Part shown: positions 1-9,153 of the stretch, piece by piece
Layout: each line of letters opens with the position of its first letter
Numbering within the stretch: the first letter of the stretch is position 1
Source of the DNA: Acidobacteriota bacterium
GTDB lineage: Bacteria; Acidobacteriota; Vicinamibacteria; Vicinamibacterales; JAKQTR01
Assembly: GCA_037133015.1 (NCBI GenBank)
Contig: JBAXOX010000011.1
Span: forward strand, 4,479-68,478
Direction: 5' to 3'
Length of the DNA: 64,000 nt
Translations under genes and position numbers: made by a program
Notes under the pieces: model-generated
Databases searched by the model: none
What the model was told of the DNA's origin: nothing
What the model saw: only the letters and a program-made list of their open reading frames with translations

Positions 1-531
1 TACCCGCACCAGTTTTCTGGCGGCATGCTGCAGCGGGCCATGATCGCGATGGCCCTCGCGCTCAACCCGAAACTGCTCGTGGCCGACGAGCCGACCACCG
101 CGCTCGACGTCACCGTGCAGGCGCAGATTCTCCGCCTGTTGCGGCGCGTGCAGCAGGAATTCGGCATGGCGGTCATTTTGATTACGCACGACCTCGGCGT
201 CATTGCCGACGTGGCCGACGACGTGGTCGTGATGTACGCGGGCCGGGCCATGGAGGTGGCGACTCGGCGGGAACTGTTTCGCGCGCCGCACAACCCGTAC
301 ACCCGAGGCCTGCTTGCGTCGATCCCGAGAGCCGACGGGAACGGCGCCAGGCTCACGCCCATCCCGGGCCAGCCGCCCAGTGCGATTGCGTCGCCGCCGG
401 GGTGCCCGTTCCATCCTCGCTGCGCCGACGTCATCGATCGGTGCCGCGCCGACGTGCCGAGGCTGACGGTCGTCAACGGTGCCGACCCTCATCTGTCGGC
501 GTGCTGGTCACGGGAAGAGGCGCGATCATGA
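1..531 (+). CDS. Opp/Dpp-type oligopeptide/dipeptide ABC transporter ATP-binding protein, 3' part (5' end outside window)
   Basis: Frame 1 is open from base 1. It reads [12 protein letters not shown] (ABC signature), [12 protein letters not shown] (Walker B), ITHDLGV (H-loop), then the Opp/Dpp C-terminal motif HNPYTRGLL...GCPFHPRC. The stop overlaps the next start (ATGA at 528-531). Confidence 0.9.
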   Translation, partial: YPHQFSGGMLQRAMIAMALALNPKLLVADEPTTALDVTVQAQILRLLRRVQQEFGMAVILITHDLGVIADVADDVVVMYAGRAMEVATRRELFRAPHNPYTRGLLASIPRADGNGARLTPIPGQPPSAIASPPGCPFHPRCADVIDRCRADVPRLTVVNGADPHLSACWSREEARS

Positions 532-1688
532 CGACGGCTCCTGCGGCGGCGCCGACCACAACTGGCGACGCGCTCGTCCAACTCCAGCACGTCGTCAAAG
601 AGTTCCCCGTCAAGACCGGCAGCCTCTTTGCGCGCAAGCGCGAGCGCGTCCACGCGGTGGCCGACGTCAGCCTCGACGTTCGCCGGCGGGAGACGCTGGC
701 CCTGGTCGGGGAGTCGGGGTGCGGAAAGTCCACGCTGGCCCGGTGCCTCATGCGGCTGCACGACCTGACGTCCGGCCGGGTCGTGTTCGACGGCCACGAC
801 CTGTCCACCTTGTCCCAGTCCGAGCTGCGACCGTTTCGCCGCCGGATGCAGATGGTGTTTCAGGATCCGTACGGATCGCTCAATCCGCGCCGCCGGGTCG
901 GCTCCATCATCGGCGACCCGTTCGAGATCCACGGCCTGGCGAAGGGCGACGACCGCGTGAGGCGGGTGCAGGATCTGATGGAACTGGTCGGCCTCAACCC
1001 GGAGCACTACAACCGGTACCCGGGCGACTTCTCCGGTGGCCAACGCCAGCGCGTCGGGATCGCCCGTGCCATCGCGCTTCGCCCCGACTTCATCGTGTGT
1101 GACGAACCCGTCTCGGCGCTCGATGTGTCGATCCGGGCACAGATTCTCAACCTGCTCGACTCGCTGCAGGACGAGCTGGGCCTGACGTATCTCTTCATCT
1201 CTCACGATCTGTCCGTCGTCCGCCACGTGAGCGACCGGGTGGCGGTGATGTATCTCGGGACCGTGGTGGAACTGGGGCCGGTGCGCGACCTCTACGAGCA
1301 CGCGCGGCATCCCTACACACGGGCGTTGCTCTCGGCGATGCCGCATCCCGATCCTGACCGCGCGGAGGCCAGACAGGAAATCGTGCTGGCGGGCGACCCG
1401 CCCTCGCCCATGGATCCGCCGGCCGGGTGCCGGTTCCACCCACGATGCCCGCGGTCACAGGCGCGGTGCGCGGCCGACGTGCCCGAGCTCGCGTCGTTCG
1501 CTGGCGATTCGGCTGAGCACGTGGCGGCGTGCCACTTCCCCGTGGCGGATGGTGAGGCGCTGGCGGTGGCCGGCGCGAGCCCGCCTCTACCAAGTGCATT
1601 GGTGATCGAGCACACGGAGCCGGGCGAGCCTCGACGAAGTGCGTCATCGATCGAACGAACGAAGTCGGGCCGCGAGGAGGCATCATGA
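528..1688 (+). CDS. Opp/Dpp-type ABC transporter ATP-binding protein (second ATPase)
   Basis: ATG at 528. Motifs: Walker [10 protein letters not shown], signature FSGGQRQR, Walker [14 protein letters not shown]-loop ISHDL, C-terminal HPYTRALL...GCRFHPRC. The track ORF start at 402 adds an Arg-rich extension inside the previous gene and is rejected. There is a ~50-aa C-terminal tail without recognisable motifs. Confidence 0.9.
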   Translation: MTTAPAAAPTTTGDALVQLQHVVKEFPVKTGSLFARKRERVHAVADVSLDVRRRETLALVGESGCGKSTLARCLMRLHDLTSGRVVFDGHDLSTLSQSELRPFRRRMQMVFQDPYGSLNPRRRVGSIIGDPFEIHGLAKGDDRVRRVQDLMELVGLNPEHYNRYPGDFSGGQRQRVGIARAIALRPDFIVCDEPVSALDVSIRAQILNLLDSLQDELGLTYLFISHDLSVVRHVSDRVAVMYLGTVVELGPVRDLYEHARHPYTRALLSAMPHPDPDRAEARQEIVLAGDPPSPMDPPAGCRFHPRCPRSQARCAADVPELASFAGDSAEHVAACHFPVADGEALAVAGASPPLPSALVIEHTEPGEPRRSASSIERTKSGREEAS

Positions 1689-2614
1689 CGTCCCCCCCGC
1701 GCGCCGTTGTCCGCAGCCGAGGACCGTGGGAGCTCGCCTTCGCGCGTCTGCGGCACGATCGAACGGCGATCGCCGCCGCGGCCACACTGACGGCCGTTGT
1801 GGTGGCGGCCGCCGTCGCCCCGCTGATTGCCGCCGCGGTCGGCCATGGTCCGGCCCAGCAGTACCTGGATGTCGGCCTGTCGCCGACAGGAATTCCACTG
1901 GCGCCCAACAGCATGTTCCTGCTCGGCACCGACAGCCTCGGCCGCGACATTCTGGTGCGCATCGCGTACGGGACGCGGGTGTCGCTGCTGGTGGGCGTGC
2001 TGGCCAGCGCGCTCGCCGTCCTCATCGGCACGATCGTCGGGATTGTCGCCGGCTGGTACGGCGGGCTCGTGGACCGCGTGCTGTCGCGGATGATGGACGT
2101 GTTCCTCGCGCTGCCATTTCTGGTCTTCGCCCTGGCGCTGGTGGCGGTCGTGGGGCCGAGTCTGGCTATCAGCGTCACCGTGATTGCCGTGTTTTGCTGG
2201 GCGTCGGTAGGGCGGATCGTGCGGGCCGAGACGCTGTCGATTCGTGAGCGCGAGTACGTGCAGGCGGCGCGCACGATCGGGGCGAGTCCGGCGCGCATCA
2301 TGTTCGTCGAGATCCTCCCGAACGTGGCACCCACCGTCATCGTGTACACCACGTTGCTCGTGCCCGGGGCGATCGTGTCGGAGGCGACCTTGTCGTTTCT
2401 CGGCTTGAGCGTGGTTCCGCCCACTCCGTCGTGGGGGAACATGCTGGCCGACGCGATGGCGTACTACAAAGTGGCGTGGTGGTTCGTGTTCTTCCCGGGA
2501 GCGGCGTTGCTGATCACCACGGTGGCGTTCAACCTGCTCGGCGACAGCGTCCGAGACGCACTCGATCCGCGTCGGGATCAAGTGGCCCCGGCCATCGGCG
2601 AGGAGGCGCCATGA
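1685..2614 (+). CDS. ABC transporter permease (DppC/OppC-like)
   Basis: 309-aa ORF with an ATGA overlap to the upstream stop. It has multiple hydrophobic segments and the permease EAA-type loop REYVQAARTIGASPARIMFVEILPN. Confidence 0.85.
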   Translation: MTSPPRAVVRSRGPWELAFARLRHDRTAIAAAATLTAVVVAAAVAPLIAAAVGHGPAQQYLDVGLSPTGIPLAPNSMFLLGTDSLGRDILVRIAYGTRVSLLVGVLASALAVLIGTIVGIVAGWYGGLVDRVLSRMMDVFLALPFLVFALALVAVVGPSLAISVTVIAVFCWASVGRIVRAETLSIREREYVQAARTIGASPARIMFVEILPNVAPTVIVYTTLLVPGAIVSEATLSFLGLSVVPPTPSWGNMLADAMAYYKVAWWFVFFPGAALLITTVAFNLLGDSVRDALDPRRDQVAPAIGEEAP

Positions 2615-3570
2615 TTCGCTATCTGCTCGGGCGCCTCGCGTGGACGATGCTGGTGATCTGGATCGTGGCCACCAGTGTGTTCGTCATCTACTTCGCCGTG
2701 CCGCACGACGTCGCTCGCCTGATCGCCGGGCGGCAGGCGAGCGCGGAAACGGTGCAACTGGTGCGGGCCAGGCTGGGCCTCGATCAACCCGCCCACATCC
2801 AGTACGCGCAGTTCCTCGGGCGCCTGGTCCGCGGGGATTTGGGCTACTCGTTCAACACGCAGGAGTCGGTGAATACGATCATCGCCCGCGACTTTCCCGT
2901 CACGGTGTCGCTCGCCTTGGGCAGCGGCATCTTGTGGCTGGTACTCGGCGTGGGCGCGGGCGTGCTGGCGGCGACGAAACGACGGTCGGCCACCGACCGC
3001 ATCATCACCGCCGTCGCGCTCGGGTTCTACTCGATGCCGACGTTCCTGGTGGGCCAGTTGTTGCTGTTCTTCCTGTTCTTCCGGCTCTATATGGCCGGAT
3101 TCGAATTCTTCCCGCCCGGATCGTATGTCGCGTTTGGCGACAACCCTCTGCAGTGGGCGCGGTTCCTTGCGCTCCCGTGGCTGTCGGTGGCGCTGGTGAC
3201 GGCGGCCACCTATTCGAGGCTCACGCGGGGCGCCATGCTCGACGTGATGGACGAGGACTACATCCGGACGGCGCGGGCCAAGGGCTTGACCGAATCGCGC
3301 ATCACGTACCGCCACGTGCTCCGCAGTTCGCTCACACCCGTGGTCAGTCAGTTCGGCATCGATATGGGGAGCCTGCTCGGCGGGGCCATCGTCACCGAGG
3401 TGGTGTTCGGCCTGCCGGGCCTGGGCCGCGAGGTGGTGCAGGCCATCACGACGCAGGATTTGCCGATCATCATGGGCATCACGATCCTGTCGACCGTGCT
3501 GGTGGTGGCCGCCAACCTGGTGGTTGACGTGGCGTACGGCCTGCTCGATCCGCGCGTGCGGCTGGAATAG
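2611..3570 (+). CDS. ABC transporter permease (DppB/OppB-like)
   Basis: ATG at 2611 overlaps the previous stop (ATGA). The N-terminus MIRYLLGRLAWTMLVIW and the loop YIRTARAKGLTESRITYRHVLRSSL are typical of DppB/OppB permeases. The track start at 2431 lies inside the preceding gene. Confidence 0.85.
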   Translation: MIRYLLGRLAWTMLVIWIVATSVFVIYFAVPHDVARLIAGRQASAETVQLVRARLGLDQPAHIQYAQFLGRLVRGDLGYSFNTQESVNTIIARDFPVTVSLALGSGILWLVLGVGAGVLAATKRRSATDRIITAVALGFYSMPTFLVGQLLLFFLFFRLYMAGFEFFPPGSYVAFGDNPLQWARFLALPWLSVALVTAATYSRLTRGAMLDVMDEDYIRTARAKGLTESRITYRHVLRSSLTPVVSQFGIDMGSLLGGAIVTEVVFGLPGLGREVVQAITTQDLPIIMGITILSTVLVVAANLVVDVAYGLLDPRVRLE

Positions 3571-3671
3571 GCGGATGAGGAGCCGGACTGTCGGCGTGCC
3601 GTGTTGGGGAGAGGTTCGCGGTTCCCTGGCGACGGATCGATTGCGCGCGCACGACATGACCGGTCATATGA

Positions 3672-3926
3672 GTGGTCATGTTACGATGGAGCATGGCCAA
3701 ACCCGACACCACGATGACGATCACGGAGTTCAAGGCGAAGTGTCTCCGCCTCGTCGACGAACTCGACTCGTCCGGAATCGTACTCACCAAACGGGGCCGG
3801 CCCGTGGCTCGTGTGATTCCGGCCGGCGCCACGAGCAATCGCGATCTGATCGGTTCTCTGAAAGGAAAGGTCGTCGTGCACGGCCACATCATGTCCACTG
3901 GGGTGAAGTGGCGTGCTGAATCTTGA
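3672..3926 (+). CDS. Type II antitoxin, Phd/YefM family
   Basis: Small ORF containing TITEFKAKCLRLVDELDSSGIVLTKRGRPVARVIP (Phd/YefM N-terminal signature). Its 3' end overlaps the PIN gene by 14 nt. The start is uncertain (GTG 3672, ATG 3678 or ATG 3693). Confidence 0.75.
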   Translation: MVMLRWSMAKPDTTMTITEFKAKCLRLVDELDSSGIVLTKRGRPVARVIPAGATSNRDLIGSLKGKVVVHGHIMSTGVKWRAES

Positions 3927-4287
3927 CACCCACATCGTCGTCGCATTGCTGGCCGGCACGCTGACCCGGTCCGAGGAAGCCCTGGTGTCCGACCAGCCGC
4001 TGGCGATCTCCGACATCGTCCTGTGGGAATTGGCGAAACTCGTGCAGTTGGGCCGTCTCGAACTGGACCTCGAGAGTCCCTCGTTTCGGGAATTCGTCCG
4101 GCGCATCACGGTCTTCCCCATCTCCGAGCAGATTGCCCGACGCAGCACGCGCTTGGACTTCGCCTCGGACCCGGCCGACGAGCTCATCGCCGCGACCAGC
4201 GTCGTGGAGCGCATTCCACTCCTGACGCGAGACCGCCGCATGCTCAAGTCGACCGTCGTGCCACTGGCGGTGAATATCCGCACGTGA
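3913..4287 (+). CDS. vapC: PIN-domain ribonuclease toxin (VapC-like)
   Basis: GTG start. It has the N-terminal acidic motif LDTH, then WELAKL and the C-terminal DPADELIAATS. Size (124 aa) and pairing with an upstream antitoxin fit VapC. Confidence 0.8.
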   Translation: MLNLDTHIVVALLAGTLTRSEEALVSDQPLAISDIVLWELAKLVQLGRLELDLESPSFREFVRRITVFPISEQIARRSTRLDFASDPADELIAATSVVERIPLLTRDRRMLKSTVVPLAVNIRT

Positions 4288-4359
4288 GCGCCGACGCGGA
4301 TGGCGTTTCCAGACGAGGACGTGGGACGGCTGGAGGCGGGAGGGACGCAGACCGCGCGT

Positions 4360-4758
4360 TCACCACACGGTCTGGACGTGCGCGTACGACTTGAGCTTGC
4401 CGTCCTTGCTCACGAGCGCCGCATGGTGATGGCGTGCGGTGGCCACGATGATCTGATCGGCGGGATCGCCGTGGAAGGGCTGCGGCAGGTCGCAACTCTC
4501 GATCAGAATGGCCGGCGTGAGTTCCAACAGCGACAAACCCGGAAGCGCCGTGGCGCGATCGATCCAGTCGCGCAGGGGCCGGTCGAAAACCAACTGTTGC
4601 TTCTCGACCTTCTTGGCCACTTCCCAGATGGAGATCATTGAGATCGCGACGCCGCCGCCACGAGCCGCGCGCTGAATGATCTGCGCCGCGCGACGTGACA
4701 GGCGGCGATCCTCGGTCGCCCACCACACCCAGGCGTGCGTATCAAGGACGGTCGTCAT
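4360..4758 (-). CDS. vapC: PIN-domain ribonuclease toxin (VapC-like), second copy
   Basis: ATG at 4758 (MTTVLDTHAWVWW). It shares the motif set of the first PIN gene (LDTH, SIWEVAKK, DPADQIIVATA). It overlaps the upstream antitoxin stop by 17 nt. The track start at 4800 is probably too long. Confidence 0.8.
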   Translation of the reverse strand: MTTVLDTHAWVWWATEDRRLSRRAAQIIQRAARGGGVAISMISIWEVAKKVEKQQLVFDRPLRDWIDRATALPGLSLLELTPAILIESCDLPQPFHGDPADQIIVATARHHHAALVSKDGKLKSYAHVQTVW

Positions 4759-4969
4759 CCCAGGCCTCGCCGGTGCCGAACGGATTGCCGTGTTCTCCAA
4801 GCAGACTGCCGGCTAACGTGCCGGCGTTCTTGTCGGGGTTGGTAAACGGCACGACGGTGGCGACGGGGCGCCCTCGTTTGGTGACGACCACCGGCGTCCG
4901 CGTGGCTGCGACTCGATCGAGCACCTTCAGGCACTGGTCCTTGAATGCGCCGGCTGCCATGGTGACCAT
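4742..4969 (-). CDS. Type II antitoxin, Phd/YefM family, second copy
   Basis: 75-aa ORF. GAFKDQCLKVLDRVAATRTPVVVTKRGRPVATVVP parallels the first antitoxin, and it lies directly upstream of the PIN gene. Confidence 0.75.
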   Translation of the reverse strand: MVTMAAGAFKDQCLKVLDRVAATRTPVVVTKRGRPVATVVPFTNPDKNAGTLAGSLLGEHGNPFGTGEAWDDDRP

Positions 4970-4978
4970 GTAGGCAAT

Positions 4979-5000
4979 ATAGCCATGGCCAGATGGCTAT
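4979..5000. promoter_or_regulatory. Perfect inverted repeat ATAGCCAT-N6-ATGGCTAT, candidate antitoxin operator
   Basis: An 8-bp perfect inverted repeat lies 9 nt upstream of the minus-strand antitoxin start codon (4967-4969). Type II TA operons are classically autoregulated at palindromes overlapping their promoter. Confidence 0.35.
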
Positions 5001-5179
5001 GTCAAGCCGCCGGTGGCGCGGCCGACGCGCGGCAACGTGTGTTCAGGATGCCCGCGCCGCGGCGAGACGACGATCGAGCCGGGGCTGACGAGGCGGGCAC
5101 GCCGCATCCGCTTCACACCGCACGGCGCCGTCACGCCTGTCGTGCCCCGTCCCCGACGACGATCGGAGTCGGGTCGGGG

Positions 5180-5185
5180 TATAAT
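5180..5185 (+). promoter_or_regulatory. Candidate -10 box (TATAAT) upstream of the uORF/kinase unit
   Basis: A perfect TATAAT hexamer sits in otherwise very GC-rich DNA, ~130 nt upstream of the uORF ATG. The -35 region (ACGACG/CGACGA) is poor. Confidence 0.25.
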
Positions 5186-5317
5186 CCGCTCACTCCACTC
5201 AATTGGGCGATGCCGTGGTTCTGACTCGTGGCGACCGCTGATCGATACACACGTCGGTTCCAATCGAGTCCGCGAACCGGTCGGCTTGGGTCTTTCAGCA
5301 CTCGGGGAGCGTGAGTG

Positions 5318-5452
5318 ATGAGTCTGGCACCTGGGATGCGCTTCGGCCCGTATGAGATCGTCGCCCCGCTCGCAGTGGGACTTCGCCGTAGCTCGAGGAG
5401 AGCCGGAGACGAGCGCAGGCGGGCCGTCGCCGACGTGAGAGTCCGCGCATGA
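5318..5452 (+). CDS. 44-codon upstream ORF mimicking a kinase N-terminus, ATGA-coupled to the kinase
   Basis: Translates as MSLAPGMRFGPYEIVAPLAVGLRRSSRRAGDERRRAVADVRVRA. The first 18 aa match the true N-terminus of the kinase at 55117 (MSLAPGTRLGPYDIVSAI) at 12 of 18 positions. A GGGGAG sits 9 nt upstream of the ATG. The stop TGA (5450-5452) overlaps the kinase ATG (5449-5451). A homologous uORF lies at 59303-59440. It is below the track's ORF size cutoff. Confidence 0.5.
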   Translation: MSLAPGMRFGPYEIVAPLAVGLRRSSRRAGDERRRAVADVRVRA

Positions 5453-8193
5453 TCGGACGGCTGCTTGGTTCGTACCGCGTCCTGTCGAAGGTCGGCGAAG
5501 GCGGGATGGGCGAGGTCTACCGCGCTCGCGATTCGAAACTGAATCGCGACGTGGCGATCAAGATCTTGCCTGAGGCATTTGCCGCCGACCCGGAGCGCCG
5601 GGCGCGGTTCGCGCGTGAGGCGCAGGTGCTTGCCGCCCTCAATCATCCGCACATCGCGGCCATCTACGCCGTCGAAGAGGGTGGCATGCCCGCGCCGCTG
5701 TCGGCCGCCGGGCCAGCCGGGCCGTCGGCCCAGACACCGTTCCTCGTGATGGAGCTGGTCGAAGGCCCGACGCTCGATGCGCGCATCGCCGGCAGGCCCG
5801 TCCCGATCCCGGAAGCGCTGGCCATCGCCGCGCAGATTGCCGACGCGCTCGATGCGGCGCACGAAAAGGGGATCGTCCACCGCGACCTCAAGCCCGCCAA
5901 CATCAAGGTGCGCGACGACGGCACGGTGAAGGTGCTGGACTTTGGTCTCGCCAAAGCGCTCGGTGCGGAGGGGGCGAGCGCGACGGCGGATGCCATCAAC
6001 TCGCCGACGATGACCGCCATGGCGAGTCGGATGGGCGTGATCCTGGGCACCGCGGCCTACATGAGCCCGGAGCAGGCCCGGGGCCGGGCGGTCGACAAGC
6101 GGACCGATATCTGGGCGTTCGGGTGCGTGCTCTACGAAATGCTGACGGGGCAGCGGGCGTTTCCCGGCGAGGATGTGGCGGAGTTCATCGCGGCCGTGCT
6201 GACGCGCGAGCCGGACTGGATCCGGCTGCCCGCGGCGATGCCCCCGCGCATCGTCGACCTCCTGAGACGCTGCCTGAAGAAGGACCCGCGCGAGCGGCTG
6301 CGCGACATCGGTGACGCGCGGGCAGAGATCGCGGAGGCGCTGGCGGGGCCAGGCGCCCCGAACGGGCCATCCCCGACCGCTGTGCCCGCGTCGTCATCAC
6401 ACGCCGCTTCGCGTCGTCGCCCGATCGTGGTTGCCGGCATCCTGGCGTTGGCCGCCGGCGTCGCCCTTGGCGCGGGAGCCGTCCTGCTGAGCCGGCCTCG
6501 CGCGGAGGTGCCCTCGTCAGTACGGTCGGCGATGCTCTTGCCGTCGGCCGCGCCGATGCTCCGCGGTTCCACGCCGAGTCTCGCGATCTCGCGCGACGGC
6601 CGACGCCTGGTCTACGCGGCGCAGGAAGGGCCGTCCACGGCGCTCTTCGTCCGCGACCTCGACGGCCGCGTGGCGACCAGGGTGGCCGGCTCGGATGGGG
6701 GACACCTGCCCTTCTTCTCACCCGACGGGACGTGGGTTGGGTTCTGCACCGAGGACGGCCGGTTGCTGAAGCTGCCCGTGGTCGGGGGCAATCCGACATT
6801 GCTCGCGCCTGCCACCGATGTGCGGGGGGCGAGCTGGGGCGACGACGGCTGGATCGTGTTCGCCCGCGATGTGGCCGGGGGCCTCTACCGCGTGCGGGAG
6901 ACGGGCGGCGCCGTGGAGCCGCTGACCACCCCCGAATGGACCTCCGGGGAGAAGACCCACCGCTACCCCGACGTGCTGCCAGGGGCGGGCGCCATCATCT
7001 ACACGATCGGGGCCGCCGACCTTGTCTCCTACGCCGGCTCACGCGTCGTCGTGCGCGTGGTGAAGACCGGCGAGACGCGCACGCTCATCTCGGGCGGGAT
7101 GTGCGCCCGCTACGTGGCACCTGGGTTCCTGGTGTACGCCAGGACCGGGTCGCTGTGGGCGGTGGCGTTCGACGTCGAGCGGCTGATCGTGTCTGGCGAT
7201 CCCGTCGAGATCCTGCCGGACCTCGCCACGCGGGCCGGGTATGCCGTCGGCCACTTTGCCGTGTCTCGAAACGGGGTGCTCATCTACGCTGCCGGCGGAG
7301 AGCAGCCGATCGAGCGGAGGGTCGTGCGTGTCGACCGCCGCGGGCGGCCGGAACCGCTCATCTCGGAAAAGGGCGGCTATATAGAGGCCGTGCTCTCGCC
7401 AGACGGACGCTACGTGGCGTTCACTCCCGAAAGCGCCAACGATGCCATCTGGTCGTACGACACGAGTCGCGGGACCTCCGCGAGGTTGACGAGGGACTGG
7501 AACTGCGGAAGCCCGGCGTGGTCTCCGGACGGACTGCGCCTGTTCTTCAAGTGCAACAAGGAACGTGACTACTCGCACATGTTCACGATGAAGTCGGATC
7601 GCGGCCAGCTCGAACCGCTGCTCGACCAGCGCATCCAAAGTGTGGATGGACAGGTGCGCGGCGACACGCTCGCGTTTTCGACGTGGGACCCCGCGACCAA
7701 GGAAGACCTGTGGCTGCTGTCTGTGGCCAGTCGGCGGGTGCGGGTTTGGCTGAAGAGCCAGTTCAGTGAGGGGGCGCCGGCTCTTTCGCCCGACGGCCGG
7801 TGGCTCGCGTACGCGTCGGATGAATCCGGCCGTTGGGAAGTGTACGTGGCGCCCATCGACGATCGCGACCGACGCGTGCAGATTTCGTCGGGCGGCGGCC
7901 ACCAGGTGCGGTGGCACCCGAACGGCCGAGAACTCTTCTACACCAACGGCACGCGATTGATGTCGGTGACAGTGCAGGGCGCACCCGCGGGCGTACGCCC
8001 GGGCCAGCCGGCGTTGGTGTTCGAAGGAGGCCCGTACTACGTCGAACTGGGTGGCGGCCCGGTCTTCACCGTCGCGCCGGACGGTAATCACTTCGTCATG
8101 ATCGAGGATCCGCCCGCCGCCGCGCCTGCGACCGATCTGAACCTCGTGACCAACTGGACCACAGAACTCAGGCGCAAGCTCGGGGTGAAGTAG
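5449..8193 (+). CDS. Membrane Ser/Thr protein kinase with C-terminal TolB-like (PD40/WD40-like) beta-propeller
   Basis: Hanks kinase motifs: GEGGMGEVYRARD, VAIKIL, HRDLKPANI, DFGLAK, AYMSPEQ. One TM segment (IVVAGILALAAGVALGAGAVLL). The ~550-aa C-terminal part carries repeated FSPDG/LSPDG propeller motifs. Confidence 0.9.
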   Translation: MIGRLLGSYRVLSKVGEGGMGEVYRARDSKLNRDVAIKILPEAFAADPERRARFAREAQVLAALNHPHIAAIYAVEEGGMPAPLSAAGPAGPSAQTPFLVMELVEGPTLDARIAGRPVPIPEALAIAAQIADALDAAHEKGIVHRDLKPANIKVRDDGTVKVLDFGLAKALGAEGASATADAINSPTMTAMASRMGVILGTAAYMSPEQARGRAVDKRTDIWAFGCVLYEMLTGQRAFPGEDVAEFIAAVLTREPDWIRLPAAMPPRIVDLLRRCLKKDPRERLRDIGDARAEIAEALAGPGAPNGPSPTAVPASSSHAASRRRPIVVAGILALAAGVALGAGAVLLSRPRAEVPSSVRSAMLLPSAAPMLRGSTPSLAISRDGRRLVYAAQEGPSTALFVRDLDGRVATRVAGSDGGHLPFFSPDGTWVGFCTEDGRLLKLPVVGGNPTLLAPATDVRGASWGDDGWIVFARDVAGGLYRVRETGGAVEPLTTPEWTSGEKTHRYPDVLPGAGAIIYTIGAADLVSYAGSRVVVRVVKTGETRTLISGGMCARYVAPGFLVYARTGSLWAVAFDVERLIVSGDPVEILPDLATRAGYAVGHFAVSRNGVLIYAAGGEQPIERRVVRVDRRGRPEPLISEKGGYIEAVLSPDGRYVAFTPESANDAIWSYDTSRGTSARLTRDWNCGSPAWSPDGLRLFFKCNKERDYSHMFTMKSDRGQLEPLLDQRIQSVDGQVRGDTLAFSTWDPATKEDLWLLSVASRRVRVWLKSQFSEGAPALSPDGRWLAYASDESGRWEVYVAPIDDRDRRVQISSGGGHQVRWHPNGRELFYTNGTRLMSVTVQGAPAGVRPGQPALVFEGGPYYVELGGGPVFTVAPDGNHFVMIEDPPAAAPATDLNLVTNWTTELRRKLGVK

Positions 8194-8221
8194 CCGAACC
8201 GGGAGGACGCGGGCCTGCGGC

Positions 8222-8962
8222 TTATCCTCGGGCGAGGATGGCCAGAAGCGCGAAGTAGTCGGCCTTCAGGGTGATGGCGGTGGCCTGCGCCGTTGTTCCG
8301 TCCTGGTTCGCCGCGGCCTGCTCGAGTCTCGTCAACTGCGCCATCGTCCGCGCCGCGAGTTCGGCCCAGCCTCGCTGCACCTTGAACGCGCCAGCCGAGG
8401 CGTCGATCTCGGTCCACGTGGTGCGCGCACGCGCCGCGTGGTCCTTGATCGCGGCGTAGTCGTCGGCATTGAGGACGATCTCGTTTCTCAGGCCGATGCG
8501 GCTCTCGAGTCGTTCAACCGCTTCGTGGTAGTCGGTCAGCGCGTCGTCGAAGTTCCGCGAGGCGTGTCGCGCACGGGCGTCGCGCAGCACGACGCGAATG
8601 CCCTCGAGCTCGGCGTGCGCCTCGGCCACGTCCTTCGCGGCCACGTGCATGCGGGCGTCTTCCAACATGGCGGCGACCACGGCGATGGGTGTCTGCCCTC
8701 CCGCCGCCACGTCCCGTGTCCATTCCGGTCCGCCTGGTTGCGCGGCCTTGGCGACGGCTTCCCATTTCGTTCTCATAAGGATCAGCTGCCGCAGGCTGGC
8801 TTCCGTATTTCCATGCGCGCTGACCGCCAGCACCGCGTAGTAACTGGCCATCGCCGAACGGTACGTCGCGTCGAACGTCTCGGCGCCTGCCGCGTAAGCG
8901 GGCGTCGTGGACATCGCCACCAGGGAGACCAGCACGAAGACGGGTGTGAGCATGGCACGCAT
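8222..8962 (-). CDS. Secreted hypothetical protein (helix-rich)
   Basis: 246-aa ORF with a signal peptide (MRAMLTPVFVLVSLVAMSTTPAYAAG) and Ala/Glu/Arg-rich, helical-looking sequence. I recognise no motif. Confidence 0.55.
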   Translation of the reverse strand: MRAMLTPVFVLVSLVAMSTTPAYAAGAETFDATYRSAMASYYAVLAVSAHGNTEASLRQLILMRTKWEAVAKAAQPGGPEWTRDVAAGGQTPIAVVAAMLEDARMHVAAKDVAEAHAELEGIRVVLRDARARHASRNFDDALTDYHEAVERLESRIGLRNEIVLNADDYAAIKDHAARARTTWTEIDASAGAFKVQRGWAELAARTMAQLTRLEQAAANQDGTTAQATAITLKADYFALLAILARG

Positions 8963-9153
8963 AACGGGCTCCGGAAGACGTCATCAACGGCCGGGGCGTG
9001 TCCACGCCGCGGCACCTGTGATTCCATCATACCGCGCGCGCAGCGGCAGGGCCCTGCTCGTGCGAGGCAACGCCGCCGAGACGGATCCCGTATGACCGGC
9101 GTCATAGCGGACTTGCCCCTATCGGCCTCATCCTAGGGGCCAGAAGACACACC

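Noticed and set aside
402-527. Long N-terminal extensions offered by the ORF track. Examples are starts at 402, 2431, 16240, 16277, 17922, 23070, 32443, 34734, 36244, 45500 and 46268.
   Set aside because: The extensions lie inside the preceding gene or are Arg/Pro-rich. Internal ATG or GTG codons with Shine-Dalgarno-like sequences or ATGA stop-start overlaps give products that begin at recognisable N-termini or signal peptides.
5318-5452. Alternative explanation of the uORFs as frameshifted true N-termini of the kinases (sequencing error or programmed frameshift).
   Set aside because: Each downstream kinase ORF already contains its own complete beta1/Gly-loop N-terminus. The other two frames of the spacer show no kinase similarity. 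The same architecture occurs twice with a conserved ATGA junction. The two-ORF interpretation was therefore kept.
9017-9029. TGTGATTCCATCA upstream of the respiratory cluster, considered as an FNR/CRP-type box (TTGAT-N4-ATCAA or TGTGA-N6-TCACA).
   Set aside because: The half-site spacing is wrong (TGAT-N3-ATCA) and the right half-site is poor in either register. This is not enough to call an anaerobic regulator site.
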